From: Paraspadella gotoi
Lineage: Eukaryota; Animalia; Chaetognatha
Direction: 5' to 3'
NCBI GenBank assembly: GCA_051294375.1
Contig: CM119271.1
Coordinates: 2,879,929 to 2,943,928 of the forward strand
Length of the DNA stretch: 64,000 nucleotides
Shown: piece after piece, positions 1 to 11,714 of the stretch
Layout of the letters: the number at the start of each line of letters is the position of its first letter
Numbering within the stretch: position 1 is the stretch's first letter
Translations under genes and position numbers: made by a program
Notes under the pieces: generated by a model
The model's database searches: none
Told to the model about the DNA's origin: nothing
What the model saw: only the letters and a program-made list of their open reading frames with translations

Positions 1-624
1 ATAAAAAAAGATAAATTGAAAGAAAGAAATGAGGAACGAACCAAGAATGTTTTTTTTACCTTCATACTGTAGTCTGTAGACTAGTGTGTAGTCTGTAATA
101 AGTATACTATTAAAATATAAACAAATGTAAATATGTGTATTACTGATATATTGTAAAAATTGACTGATCTTGCTGGTAAAAAGATGTTCGTTCTCAAAAT
201 CGTCTGCCTCAGTTTCTCGCATTAATCACGAAGTCATTTTTCTTATCATCTTATCGCACTTTTTACCGACGCATAAATATAGCAGACGACGACGACATAA
301 AAATCTAAAGGAAAGATCGTAAGCGCTGTTCTTAACTTATCTTAGATTATAGAAATATTCGTATTAGTCAGCTTTCTAATTGTTGAGGACACATAATAAC
401 TAATATGTAGGACAAAGATTATTTTTATGTTTTTTTATGATCCCATAGGGCAAATATTTTCGGCGTTGCCAAGGTGATAAAAAGGGTCACGAGGATGAGG
501 TCGGTCGTTTTTAACCGGAGTCGAATTTGGCGCTGGAGCGAGCGAGAGAGAGAGAGAGAGAGGTTTTGGACCCCGAGTTCGTTAAGAAAAATATAGATGG
601 GAGAGAGGAGAGAAGTTTGTGAAT

Positions 625-691
<67 letters not shown>

Positions 692-1104
692 GATAACTAC
701 CGGGAACTCTCTGTTCATTAATTTAAATATTTCTTTAACAAACAAACAAACTAATGTAAGCTCGTGACGAAATAAAAAACGAGGGTTTTACAATTGGCTT
801 AACAAGAAAAAGTCTTCCGCTCTCCCTTGCGGTTGAAATCGTAATATGAAGATAGAAGACGGTTTGAAAAGGATTCATTTTTTTGCAAAAATTAGTTGGT
901 GTAAGATTTCTTTTTCTTACACACAATCGGAAAGATAGCTTATTTATTAAATGAATGGAAAATTTTTATATTGGTTGTAGCAATTTCATAAAATTCAGCT
1001 CCTTGTATTTTGATGCTGGGCGTAGAACAATATAGTATTCCCCGATCTAATACTTAAGGGAGTGGTCTTTTCATACAATTGAAACATTCTTTGAAATATT
1101 TTCC

Positions 1105-1343
1105 ACTTCATTGATAGGTACTGTGGGAGTGAATAAAAGAGACTGTGAGAGAGTCTTGATTGAAAGCTTGCAGGGACCTGCTATGTCATTATTTTTTAAG
1201 AGTGATGGAGGCCTTAAACCACCAAAGCCTGTCCAGCCTGTAAGCCTGTAAGCTTAAAGCCTGTCCAAAGTCAGGGGCAATATTGCTGATTCATTAAATG
1301 AATGGATAATGATTGGATAATTTTTATATTGGTTGTACCAATT
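1105..1343 (+). mobile_element. Dispersed repeat family A (fixed terminus ...TTGGTTGTACCAATTTCAT), long copy; a terminal piece also lies at 932-989
   Basis: Reverse complement of 51530-51738. Further copies at ~12480-12548, 12878-12953, 15545-15631, 43747-43879, 48133-48233 and 48909-49028. Confidence 0.8.
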
Positions 1344-2064
1344 ACACAAACATGTCCGGGCGTACATCCGGTTACATGAGATTTCACCCGGTTACATTCG
1401 GGTACATTTCATTTGAACCATATTACATCCGGTTTGGTGACAACAACAACGACAACAACAACAACCTTAACGACTCTTAAACTTACCTAAATCGTGACCT
1501 ACGACTTAAGGTCAAATAGTTAATTGACCACTAGATTCGTTTCGACTCTTATTGTTATTTTTACTATTGTCTTTTCTCTTTTTGTTATTGTCGTTTTTCT
1601 CTCTGAAAATGATTTTGATCATTACATGTTGTAAATAAATTCGTGAAACGTCTTCTTATTTTCTTCTTTAAATTTCTATCAAGTTATTTACCAAACCGGT
1701 TACATTCATTTACATTTGGTAATATCCAGTTTCATCCCGTAGTTCGCCGGTGCAACGAGGTCGAGTCGCTCTCGCGGTTTTCAGAGCTGCTCGTTAACGA
1801 CCGAGAGAGTCGGCCGAGTCGCGGCCGGCATTACACCAACTCCCACGAAACCCGCTATCGTATATATTTTGTCATAAATAGACATATATGAGGCCTAACT
1901 AGTTGAATATTAGTGTTTTCTGTCAGTTATTTATAAAACTGTCATTTATGTATCTGATAAAAAAACAAATTGTCTCTACTGTTTTGGATCGGTGCCCATC
2001 CAACCTTTCCTCATCAGTTCCTTCTCCCCCTCCTAGTGATTTTTATTGCTGATGGATGCAATAA

Positions 2065-2127
<63 letters not shown>

Positions 2128-2228
2128 GATTGTCAAAATTCGCCGTTGTGCTTCATCTGCCGAGAAGATTGGCTCATCAAAGGCAACGAATATTGTTTGC
2201 TTTTTTATTAAACTTTGTTTGCTTTGTC

Positions 2229-2295
<67 letters not shown>

Positions 2296-2590
2296 ACTCA
2301 CTCATTTTTTACTCTTTCTTTCCCAATTGAATACAGTTTGACTAGACAAATTCATCTGACATTATATTGCGGAGATAAATGACTCATATAATGTAAAAGG
2401 TTAGTTACCGTATTCAAATCATTTTCTCAAAATGTCAAAAAATCGAAATGAACCAAATAATTATCACTAAAACTCTATTTAAAAAAAATAAAATTGAGAT
2501 TTACTTTTTTCAGTTGTCAATGAAATTTTTAACAGAATATGTGATTTAAATTGGTCTATCCGACGGAATACAAGAGAGCGACGAGGCCGG

Positions 2591-3211
2591 TCATGAAAAA
2601 GACGTGAGAAACTGAGCATGGCTGCCAACGTGAACCTCTAAGTTCTCGCGCGAGTTTATTGTAAAACTAATCTGTCTCTCCCCAGCTCCGGCCTCGCCTA
2701 TGCGAAACCAAATGTTCCCGTACCACAGAAACGCATTGAGAAATCCCGACGCTGCGCTGAGCTGTTTGCGGAAAACGTCTTTCTGATCGTTTATGGAAAA
2801 GGCTAAGGCGAATGAGGAAAAAATCCAGAGGAAACTTAAAAATCCGTGGAATTGAATTTCGATAGAAAGAAGGCGACGTGGTCCATGGTAGAAAGGACCG
2901 AAGCAAGCGTACGAGACAATCAGTACGACGGAAGCCGAGCAAGCAATCAGGCTAACGGAGAGAAAAAATAAAGTCAGACGGTCCATGCTTGCTAGGGAGA
3001 TTTGATCCTGGATCCGGTTTGTCTCGTTCTGTACAATATCTTTGACTCTCCCGGAGTTGAAGTCGTTGCAAGGGTCGTTGGCTTCAATATCTCCCATGCA
3101 GATGGCGACGGAGACGACGGCCGCGACGCTGGCGAAGAACTGGACGATCTTGAAGACGACTGGCGGTTCCGTCAAAACTTGAAAGTTAAAACGGACTTTG
3201 CGCGCGATCAT
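2591..3211 (-). CDS. Synaptophysin/synaptoporin-like MARVEL tetraspan membrane protein, single exon, 206 aa
   Basis: Open ATG-to-TGA ORF with four hydrophobic segments. FNFQVLTEPPVVFKIVQFF resembles physin FRVVKEPLGFVKVLQW; FLSFLWIFSSFALA resembles FAFMWLVSSSAWA; SGFLNAFLWYGNIWF resembles FGFLNLVLWVGNLWF. Confidence 0.8.
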   Translation of the reverse strand: MIARKVRFNFQVLTEPPVVFKIVQFFASVAAVVSVAICMGDIEANDPCNDFNSGRVKDIVQNETNRIQDQISLASMDRLTLFFLSVSLIACSASVVLIVSYACFGPFYHGPRRLLSIEIQFHGFLSFLWIFSSFALAFSINDQKDVFRKQLSAASGFLNAFLWYGNIWFRIGEAGAGERQISFTINSRENLEVHVGSHAQFLTSFS

Positions 3212-5022
3212 TTTTGGCGAAAGGAATCGGTAAAAGAGCGCAATGCGCAGAAAAAATTAAATTTCCTAATCCAGACTACATATAACCAGCTCTATAGTTT
3301 TTTTTCGAATCATTACCAAAACCGGATTTTGACAGGATCCCGAATCTGGGGAGACAAGAGAACAGCGCATACAACAGTCCAAAACGCTCGTATTTTTACA
3401 AATCTGAGGTTTTCAAAAAGATCGTCAAGCTGAAATTTCGAAGTTCGACGAATTCGATTGACCAATATGGGTAATGACATTGAGAGATTGATCTCAAAAA
3501 TATGCAAAACAGATTGAATGGCGAATTAAGAATTTTCAAGCATGAAAAACGTGTGTTTTTGGTTTTTACTTAGAAATTAGAAGGTATTTTATGTAGTTTT
3601 TCACAGAATTCATTCTGGAAAGATTTGTAGTTTCATATTGAATGGTTTTTTGTCTCTTCTTGCCACGAGGAAAAAAAGAAAAAAATCTTTTAATGAGTTA
3701 ATTTATTTCGAAGTACAAATATGTATAATTGTATATTAGGTATTTTATTTTGTTCTTGGCGATTGAAATAAAAGGGAAGCACGCCACGATTCTGTAAATA
3801 CTAAATAATAATGTGTTTGCAATGAAGGGTGAAAAATTGATCACTGATCAATGATCAGCGATGAAAATGTGATGTCTAGCCTATCTCTTTTTGTCAGATC
3901 AACAACAGTTGACAATTTTCTTTAGTCGTGATTAAACCGCCTTGTTAATTTTTAGTCTCGTTTGCCGAAATGTCTCATTCAATATTAAATATCGAATCAT
4001 GTCAGCGTCTGCCCGTTTGAACTAAAGTTTTTACGTGTTTAGTTAATGAAAATATAATCAGTTATTAACCAGAACTTTTGTCGTACCTTTCGGACGGGCG
4101 ACGCCTCGAACGCGCCACCCAAGAAGCATAGAAAATAGTAAAACATTTTCTGCAATCAATCATCAAAGTGCATCTATTCAATTACACCTTTCACGGTGAT
4201 TTCTGCTCTCTCTCTCTCTCTCTCTCTCNNNNNNNNNNNNNNAAGAAACAGTCTAAGAGCAAAAACATGAGAGGCGAACAAATCATCTGCATTTAGATGA
4301 AACACAAACGACGACGACGACGACGACGACGACGTTCAAAGTCACTGTGGATTGACTTCTCAGATTTTCTTCTATCTTTGCCTGTCTGTCTATCTGTCGG
4401 CCTGCCTTTCAGTGGTCTATTAGGCTCTGCCCACCTGCCGTACTTAAAAGTTAAATTCTTAAATATAAATTGTTGTGAATTTACATTGTCAACCATTGAG
4501 TGTTAATAGGTAAGTTTTAAATAGTTTAATACCATCATCGCAGGTGGAACAATACTTACTTAAATGCCTAAGTGCTAACAAGTGAATTTAAATTTATGCC
4601 AAAACTGTTCTGAAAATTACAGAAAATTTCCAAAAATTACATTTGTTTAAAGTTGTTTCGAGATACGTCGTACATTTACTTAGAGGGATGGGTCTTAACA
4701 TAATTTTTTTCATATAATATCTTTCTTATCAGGTTTCATTCACTCTTCACTATTTCAATTTTTAACCTCGTTCACACGCGTCACATTCTCGAGCAATCAA
4801 TACATTTTCACTTCATTCCCTCGAGTAATCGATCTTCACTTTTTACGTTCACACGATTCGACAACTTGGCTCAAAATAACGACTCAATTTATCCCTTACA
4901 GTTTATGGAGCGATGATAATGAAGACGACGACGACGATGAAGACGACGACGATGACGACGACGACAATGACCTTCTTTCTCGCTGGGCTATATATGGCTA
5001 ACCGGAAGTCTAGATCCGCCTA

Positions 5023-5137
<115 letters not shown>

Positions 5138-5427
5138 GCCCACGCGAGGGGGCGCGATGACGCGCGAATCTCGCGTCGCCTTTGAAGTCGTCGTCGTCGT
5201 CGTCGACAACGCGGCGAGGGAGGGGGCGTCTCTGGATGGAAAGGCGGCGTCGGCGAGGACGGCAGCGCCGGGGGGCGGCGTCGGCGGCCGCGGCGGCGGC
5301 GGTAGCTGCGTCAAGGGCACGGGCTGATACTAAGAAAAGATTTCTATAAATTTCAAAAGCATTCGTGGTTAGATTAGATTCGAAAAAAAAAAAAATTTAG
5401 TTTGGTTTTCACATTTCTATTTTTTTA

Positions 5428-5522
5428 TAATAATGATAATAATAATGATAATGATGATAATAATAATAATAATGATAATAATAATAATAATAATATTAAT
5501 AATAATAATAATAATAATAATG

Positions 5523-5600
<78 letters not shown>
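5428..5600. repeat. (AAT)n microsatellite
   Basis: Visible triplet array; source of the poly-N/I/L ORFs. Confidence 0.95.
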
Positions 5601-5603
<3 letters not shown>

Positions 5604-8414
5604 GAAATAGAAAAAAGAATAATAACATTCATCTCTGTCGGTCGTTAATTTTTTGTATCAATGTCTATTTAAAAAAAATAAAAAAATAAATAAAAGAATA
5701 GAACAATTAATTCTATCACTCGCAAAGTATTAAATATCGAAATTTTTTCATGAAAAAAAAAATATTTTTTTTAATATCCAACTTTAATAAAACTTCACAG
5801 ACTTTGGTTACTTAGGCGTCTAAGTTTTTTGGACGCTCGTTTAAAACTTTCGCCTCGTTCGCTATGTTATATTAAAAAAACAAACTATTTTCTCCGATGT
5901 AAAAAAAAAAATCATCTGAAAATATTCAAACAAAAGACGCGTAAACTTTAACATCGATGTCGCCATCTTTCGTCAGATGTCGTCGTTTTCGCCTTCTCGT
6001 TCAAAAAAAAATATATAATCCGCTTCGTTATCTCTCAAAATCGAATTTTCGCGTCACCGGCGTCACTCCCGTCGACCGCGTCACCGGCGTCACTCCCATC
6101 GCCCGCGTCACCGTCACCCGCGAAATGGACGGTGACGTCAGCGACGTTCGTCACTCGCGTCGACTTTGAGTCGCTCGATTTCATCGAGAATCGATTCGTC
6201 ATCAAGATCGAATTAAAAAAAAAAAAAACCTCTTTTTATATCGGACTCGACTGTATTTCACGCTACATTGTACGTATAATGTATAATTGTATATAGTATA
6301 TACTATATACGTTTTCGGAGCATCAAGAGTGTATTATGTTTACAAGAAATTGGTATATTTATCTAACCAAGACAGGTAAAAAAACTCGTTCTTCGTTTTC
6401 GCCTATTCCCTTTTTTTTTCTTCATTTCTAGTATTTTTGGCTCGTGTATCTTTTTTTTTCGAGTTTCATTATTACTTTTTTTTCTTTTTTTTTTCTCTCT
6501 AATTTATATTTTTAAATTTATTTCAGTCGCGTCTCTGTTTTTTGTTGTTTTTTTTTTTCTTTTTTTTGTTTGTTTGTTTTTTGTTGTTTTTTTTTTGTTC
6601 AAATCGTTAGTCTTTTACGTTTTACGATTCAATATTTTCATTTGTCACTTTTCTTAAACCTCGAATAATCGGGTTTTTTTTTGTTTTTTTTTGGTCGAAG
6701 TTGTGACTGCTAATGTTGTTGTTTTTGTTTTTTGTAATCGTTAGTTTTATTGTTTTTGTTTCTCTCCACTAATCTTCTCTTCCGTTTCCCCTTGTTGTTC
6801 TTGTTTTTGTTTTGAGCCAACGTCTTAACATCTTAACCCCTTTTGGCCCCTGACCTCTCTTTCCGTTGTTGAGCTCGTGGTTTTGACCTTTCTCTCTTTT
6901 TTGAAAGCGAAGGAAACAAAAAGGAATAACCATGACTTTTGGTGACGGAAAAAAAAAAATTGTTAATTTGAAAATAATCTAGTTAATCGTTTCGCGCATT
7001 TAATCAATTAGGGTTTTAACCAGTTTGGCATCCGAATCTTTTAATCAACAGAATGAAAAAAAAACCTTTGGGTCAAAAATCGAGGTCGAAAAATATCGGA
7101 TATCTGTTTTAATGTTTAAATTATTTCAATCACTGTAATTTAAAAAGAACAAAGCATAAGCACCGGACCACGAAATAACGCTTAAACAAAAGTTTTCACA
7201 TTGAATCTATTGACAACGAAAAAGTATAATAAGAAAAGCTTGACTAACAACATTTACATGCGAGTTCATCCGAAGCAGTTTTAATTTGACTTAATTTTCT
7301 TTTAATTCATTGTTTTTTCTTCTATTTATTGTACCCTAACACGATTTGTGCCTCGTTTATAATTTTCGACGTCTGCTTTTTGGCCCGACAAAGAACGATT
7401 AAGAATTTGGAATTCGTTGCTCGGTTTAATTATCAACAAACAATTCGGCGAAAGGGAAAAAAAAGATCCGTTGTTTGTTTACGCGAAAACGAAATAAGAA
7501 ATTAACTTTTTTTTAATTTCGTCGATTAAAAAAATTATAAGAATTAATTTTTAGTGTGATTATAAACAAGGACGTTCGGGGGTCCTCGAGTCAACTCGCC
7601 ATTTCCTTCCTACTTGAAACATCGAATTTTAAAAATAAAAGACTAATTTAATATCGGTTTATTTAACTTCTTCCAAGAAACTGGGCCCATATATTTTTTT
7701 CCGCCAGTAGTTTCGTTCGGGGCCGTGTCGAACGCCATTAAACCGATTACGCATGCCAACATTTTCTCGACTTTGCTTAAGGTCCGGGATCACTCAATTC
7801 AAATTATAATTAAACGAAAACCGAGCTCGGATTTCGAAAGGAGAGCTCCTGACGATTCCGAAAATGTATTCACTTTACTATTTTTTCAAAGGCTTCATCG
7901 TTTTTTCGATTTTTTTTATACTATATAAAATAAAAGAAACCTATTTGAAGAGTTGCAGACCAAACGGTAAGGCGGTTTCTCATGAAATATGGCATGAATT
8001 ACCTTTAGGTCACGAACTCTAATTCTATGAAAAGATACTTTCAAAATTTGCCTTCCTTCATATAAAATTGATTATTTTAATCAATTTTTGGATAGTTCCT
8101 TGATATCTTTGAAACAAAAACATTTTTTCAAAAACGCGCTCATAGAATCTCCCCCACCTTTCTTTTTTTGCCCAAGATATTTTTTTCTTCAAGAAAGTCA
8201 ACGGTTTGAGCTGCAACTCTTTGTTTTTAACTTCACTTCGTCAAGAAAGTTAAATTCTGTACTCATTAAACTCATTAAACATTTACATAAAGTATAAAGT
8301 CAAATTGAAATAAATTTGATAATTTTTTTCACTCATAAAACTCATAAAAGTATAAAAACCCGTCTGGAAATGTGTAGAGTAGTATGGTGGACTAAATCCA
8401 CCAACCGTTCATCA

Positions 8415-8487
8415 GCGGCCATTGGTGCCGGAGGCAAGTCATTCGCCTCCCAACCCAAAGGTCCGGGGTTCTAGCCCGGTGGTCGTC
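8415..8487 (+). pseudogene. tRNA-Gly(CCC)-like sequence inside the 5' LTR
   Basis: 73 nt. Acceptor stem GCGGCCA/TGGTCGT, T-arm CCGGG-GTTCTAG-CCCGG, CT-CCC-AA anticodon loop on a broken stem, A-box-like TGGTGCCGGAGG, B-box-like GGTTCTAGCCC. Confidence 0.7.
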
Positions 8488-8826
8488 TGGCAGTTAAGGG
8501 GACGGGGCGCTTAACCCGCCTGTAACATGGTGTTACAGCCTGATCCGAAGCTCAGGGACTGCTATATTGAACGGTTCTGTCATTAACACTTATCAATAAT
8601 TACTGTCTCTTCATTGGTGAGCCCGACTTCCGAACACAACAGCAACAACAACTTTCAGGCGACATGCCTCAACCTGGCGATGCACTTTCCGCCCACAACA
8701 CATCAGGCGACATGCCTCAACTTGGTGACGAACTTTCCACCAACAACAATTCACTGAAGAGACGCAACAGACTTCTCCTACGGGAGGGGGATGTATGGTG
8801 GACTAAAATCCACCAACCGTTCATCA

Positions 8827-8899
8827 GCGGCCATTGGTGCCGGAGGCAAGTCATTCGCCTCCCAACCCAAAGGTCCGGGGTTCTAGCCCGGTGGTCGTC
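8827..8899 (+). pseudogene. tRNA-Gly(CCC)-like sequence inside the 3' LTR
   Basis: Identical to 8415-8487. Confidence 0.7.
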
Positions 8900-9387
8900 T
8901 GGCAGTTAAGAGGGACGGGGCGCTTAACCCGCCTGTAACATGGTGTTACAGCCTGATCCGAAGCTCAGGGACTGCTTATATTGAACGGTTCTGTCATTAA
9001 CACTTATCAATAATTACTGTCTCTTCAGTAGTTTATTTTAGACTTATTAGTGAACAACTCCAAGTATGTACTTGTAGCAAAAGAAGAATTAAATATAAGA
9101 AGTAGAAATTGAGCTTACTGTAAAGAATCAGTTTTAAGTTAAAAATTTAGTTGTAGAAATTTAGCTTACATATAAAAAATTATTTTTCTCTTGAAAATCT
9201 AGTTTTACCGAAGAAAAAATTTGTTTAAATTTTTATAAACATTTTATGTAGATTTTTTAAAAAATTTTCGATTATTTTTCAATAGAAATCCTCTTACAAG
9301 ATATGAGAAAATGATTAAGATACAGTAAATTAAGATTTCTACAATTTTAGGTTGAGTGATCCCTGGCCTTAAGAAGGTATTTATATA

Positions 9388-9653
9388 TGTAGTCGGGCAT
9401 TGCATAAGTTCACCCCGCTTATAAGCATGACAACTTCAGTCGTGACCCGGTAGCTCATTTAGTAAAACCATCAACTCTTGACCACTAGGTACCGATTCAA
9501 TCCCAGCTTGCAGGAACCTGTTTCCAAGCCCGAACCCGTTCCTTGGCTGCTTGAGAGGTTAAAGACGTTGCGGATAGCGCTCTTCAGCCCACTTATCCTT
9601 GGTCGGACCGAATGCCTTTCAAGTCAAACCCACTTATCCACGGATATCTTTCA
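9388..9653 (+). mobile_element. tRNA-containing element (solo LTR of a related TRIM, or a SINE)
   Basis: Begins TGTAG and ends CACTTATCC..TCTTTCA. Degenerate tRNA-Lys-like segment at 9442-9512 (GGTAGCTCATTTAGTA...ACTCTTGA...GATTCAATCCC). 9518-9597 is similar to 10178-10257. Confidence 0.5.
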
Positions 9654-9848
9654 TATTGCGATCAAAATTTGTTTCATTTTCGATGGCCGAAGGACCCGAG
9701 TTATCAACTGAATCAGTCAATAAATCAATCATTGGGTCATCGTCTCGCCACCAACATTTCCATTCCTCGTCGTCTTTGTTCTCACGGACAAACCTCACCT
9801 TTCCCACTTTTTTTCTCAATCCGATTTCCCGACGGCGATTCCAAGGTC

Positions 9849-9887
<39 letters not shown>

Positions 9888-10084
9888 CCTCTCTCTCTCT
9901 CACCCATCTCATTCCACTCCGGTAATTCCGTCCATAGAGAGGACAGCGACGTCGACACGCTCGATCCTTGATTAACCTCACGTGAAAAACCGATTCGCTC
10001 CGTTCGCGCGCTCGCGAGAGGGGGGCGGTGAAAGAAACGGATCGCGCTTGCGCCTGACTCTTCGACAGGTGGAATTAACAGGTG

Positions 10085-10270
10085 CCTGACTCGACTTACT
10101 CTGCAACCCGGTACCTACCCTGCGGGAAGAGTGAGGACGGCCGTAAGCCGCCTTGGGGGCGTGGCAAACCCTCAAGCCTGGTTCCAAGCCAGGAACCGTT
10201 CCATGTCTGCTACAGGGGGTTATAGAAGTTACGGATAGTCATCTTCAGCCCACTTAGCGCCTTATCCACA
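10085..10270 (+). mobile_element. SINE-like fragment sharing an ~80-bp 3' domain with 9518-9597
   Basis: CCTGGTTCCAAGCCAGGAACCGTTCC...CGGATAG...TCTTCAGCCCACTTA aligns by eye with the neighbouring element; both end in CTTATCCAC. Confidence 0.4.
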
Positions 10271-10671
10271 CACATACTACTTGCCATATGCAATGGTTTT
10301 CGCAGCTTCGTCGTGGAGAAATCTATTTTGGCCTCTCACTCTCCTTTCCAGATTCCTTTGAAGCCAATCAGCGTCGATCTCAGCCAATCATTGACGATTT
10401 TTGCCAATCAGCGTCGTTCTCAACCAATCATTGACGATTTCGGCCAATGAGGGTCTACGGCTGCCAATTTTGTTCCATTCTTTTTAAAAGTCGTTTGCGA
10501 GGACGAAGCTAATAACGTCGTTGAGATTTAGATCACCTTCATTTATAACTCGAAGAAAATGCGTGGAAAAGCTCATTCGCTAAAACCAAAGTCAAGGTAG
10601 AAAATATCGCCTCTTTTTACATTCGTAAGAACGAAATAATTTTAATAAGAAGAACTTTCTCGTCTTAAAAA

Positions 10672-10716
<45 letters not shown>

Positions 10717-11714
10717 AGAAAATTGATTGTCTTTCGGAGGCGACGCGCGGGATTTTCCGATCAGTCTGGAAATTCTCGGAAAAGAAAGAAAAAAATCGAT
10801 TTGTCAAATCGGAGGGGAAAAAAATGGATTTCTCGGATCTAAAAGTTTTTTTCGGCCAACTTGTTCGATAGTTAGATGGAAAGTAACTAAAAATATAAAG
10901 TACGGAGGCACATTTTGAACTGATCTTTTTCCAAGAATCGATGGGGGGTGGGGAAAGTAAGAAGCCACGCGAGAAAGCTTTAAGGTCATCTTTTCACAGT
11001 TTTTCCTTCCCCTTCGATGCTCTTTAGTTTTTTTGGCTTCTTCATTGGAACTTTTTTCCCCCCCCAAGGACCCCCCAAACTTTTTTTCCTTCCCCTCCTT
11101 TCCTCTGCGCGTCTTCCTGTTACTTGTTTCCCTTCCCCTCCCTTCCCCTTCCTTTCCTCCTCTCCCCCACCTCTTCCCCTCCTCCCTTACATCCCCCTGC
11201 CCTCCCTTTCTCTTCCTTCTCTTCTTGTTTCGACAAGTCCAGTCTCAGCTGCGATTTCGTTTCCCTTTAATATCTCGCGGAGGAGAAAAGACCCGGGAAG
11301 ACTTCCTTCGATCAAGAAGATGGGGGTCGTGGGAAGGAGTAGATCGAAAAGACGGATGAAAAATGAAAACCATATGTCCATCTGGATTTTATGTATATTC
11401 TTATTTTAATTTTTACGTATATATGTGTAATTTTTTCGTCCGAATAAATACATGTTTCCATCCTCCTATAACTGACCAAAAACAGAAAGCTTGTTTAATG
11501 TTTTGATGTACCGAGTATATCTGATGAAGTTTAAACAATACAAGATACAGCGCGGCCCGTCACAAAAGTTTCGTTATAAACACAACTACAAGTCTAATCA
11601 ACCTACACATGTTATTATCTTATCTATCTATCTTATCTTATCTATCTATCTTTCTATCTATCTATCTTAACTTATCTATTGACTGGAAAATGTTAAATTC
11701 GACTAAGTTTTGTA

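Larger units (their letters stand above)
8383..9027 (+). mobile_element. TRIM (miniature non-autonomous LTR retrotransposon) with a tRNA-like sequence in each LTR
   Basis: Near-identical direct repeats 8383-8613 and 8792-9027 (TGTA...TTCA; the 5' copy lacks the initial TG). PBS TGGTGAGCCCGAC at 8615-8627 (tRNA-Trp-like, one mismatch). PPT GGGAGGGGGA at 8782-8791. GTAG at 8379-8382 and 9028-9031 as TSD. Non-coding interior of 178 bp. Confidence 0.88.
7781..9368. mobile_element. Non-autonomous TIR DNA transposon, Kolobok-like, carrying a nested TRIM
   Basis: TTAA|GGTCCGGGATCACTCAA at the left end (7777-) and TTGAGTGATCCCTGGCC|TTAA at the right end (-9372). Imperfect TIRs with GG termini and a TTAA TSD; no transposase ORF. 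Confidence 0.7.

Noticed and set aside
3002-3433. 143-aa plus-strand ORF
   Set aside because: Antisense shadow of the physin gene.
8395-8425. Hammerhead ribozyme core (CTGATGA on the minus strand), as in retrozymes
   Set aside because: No correctly placed GAAA with stem II/III follows.
8415-8487. Functional tRNA-Gly gene
   Set aside because: The anticodon stem has two C-C mismatches, the D arm is poor, there is no oligo-T terminator, and it is embedded in an LTR.
8664-8909. 81-aa ORF in the TRIM interior
   Set aside because: Built from a 48-bp internal duplication, runs into the LTR, and shows no gag/pol motifs.
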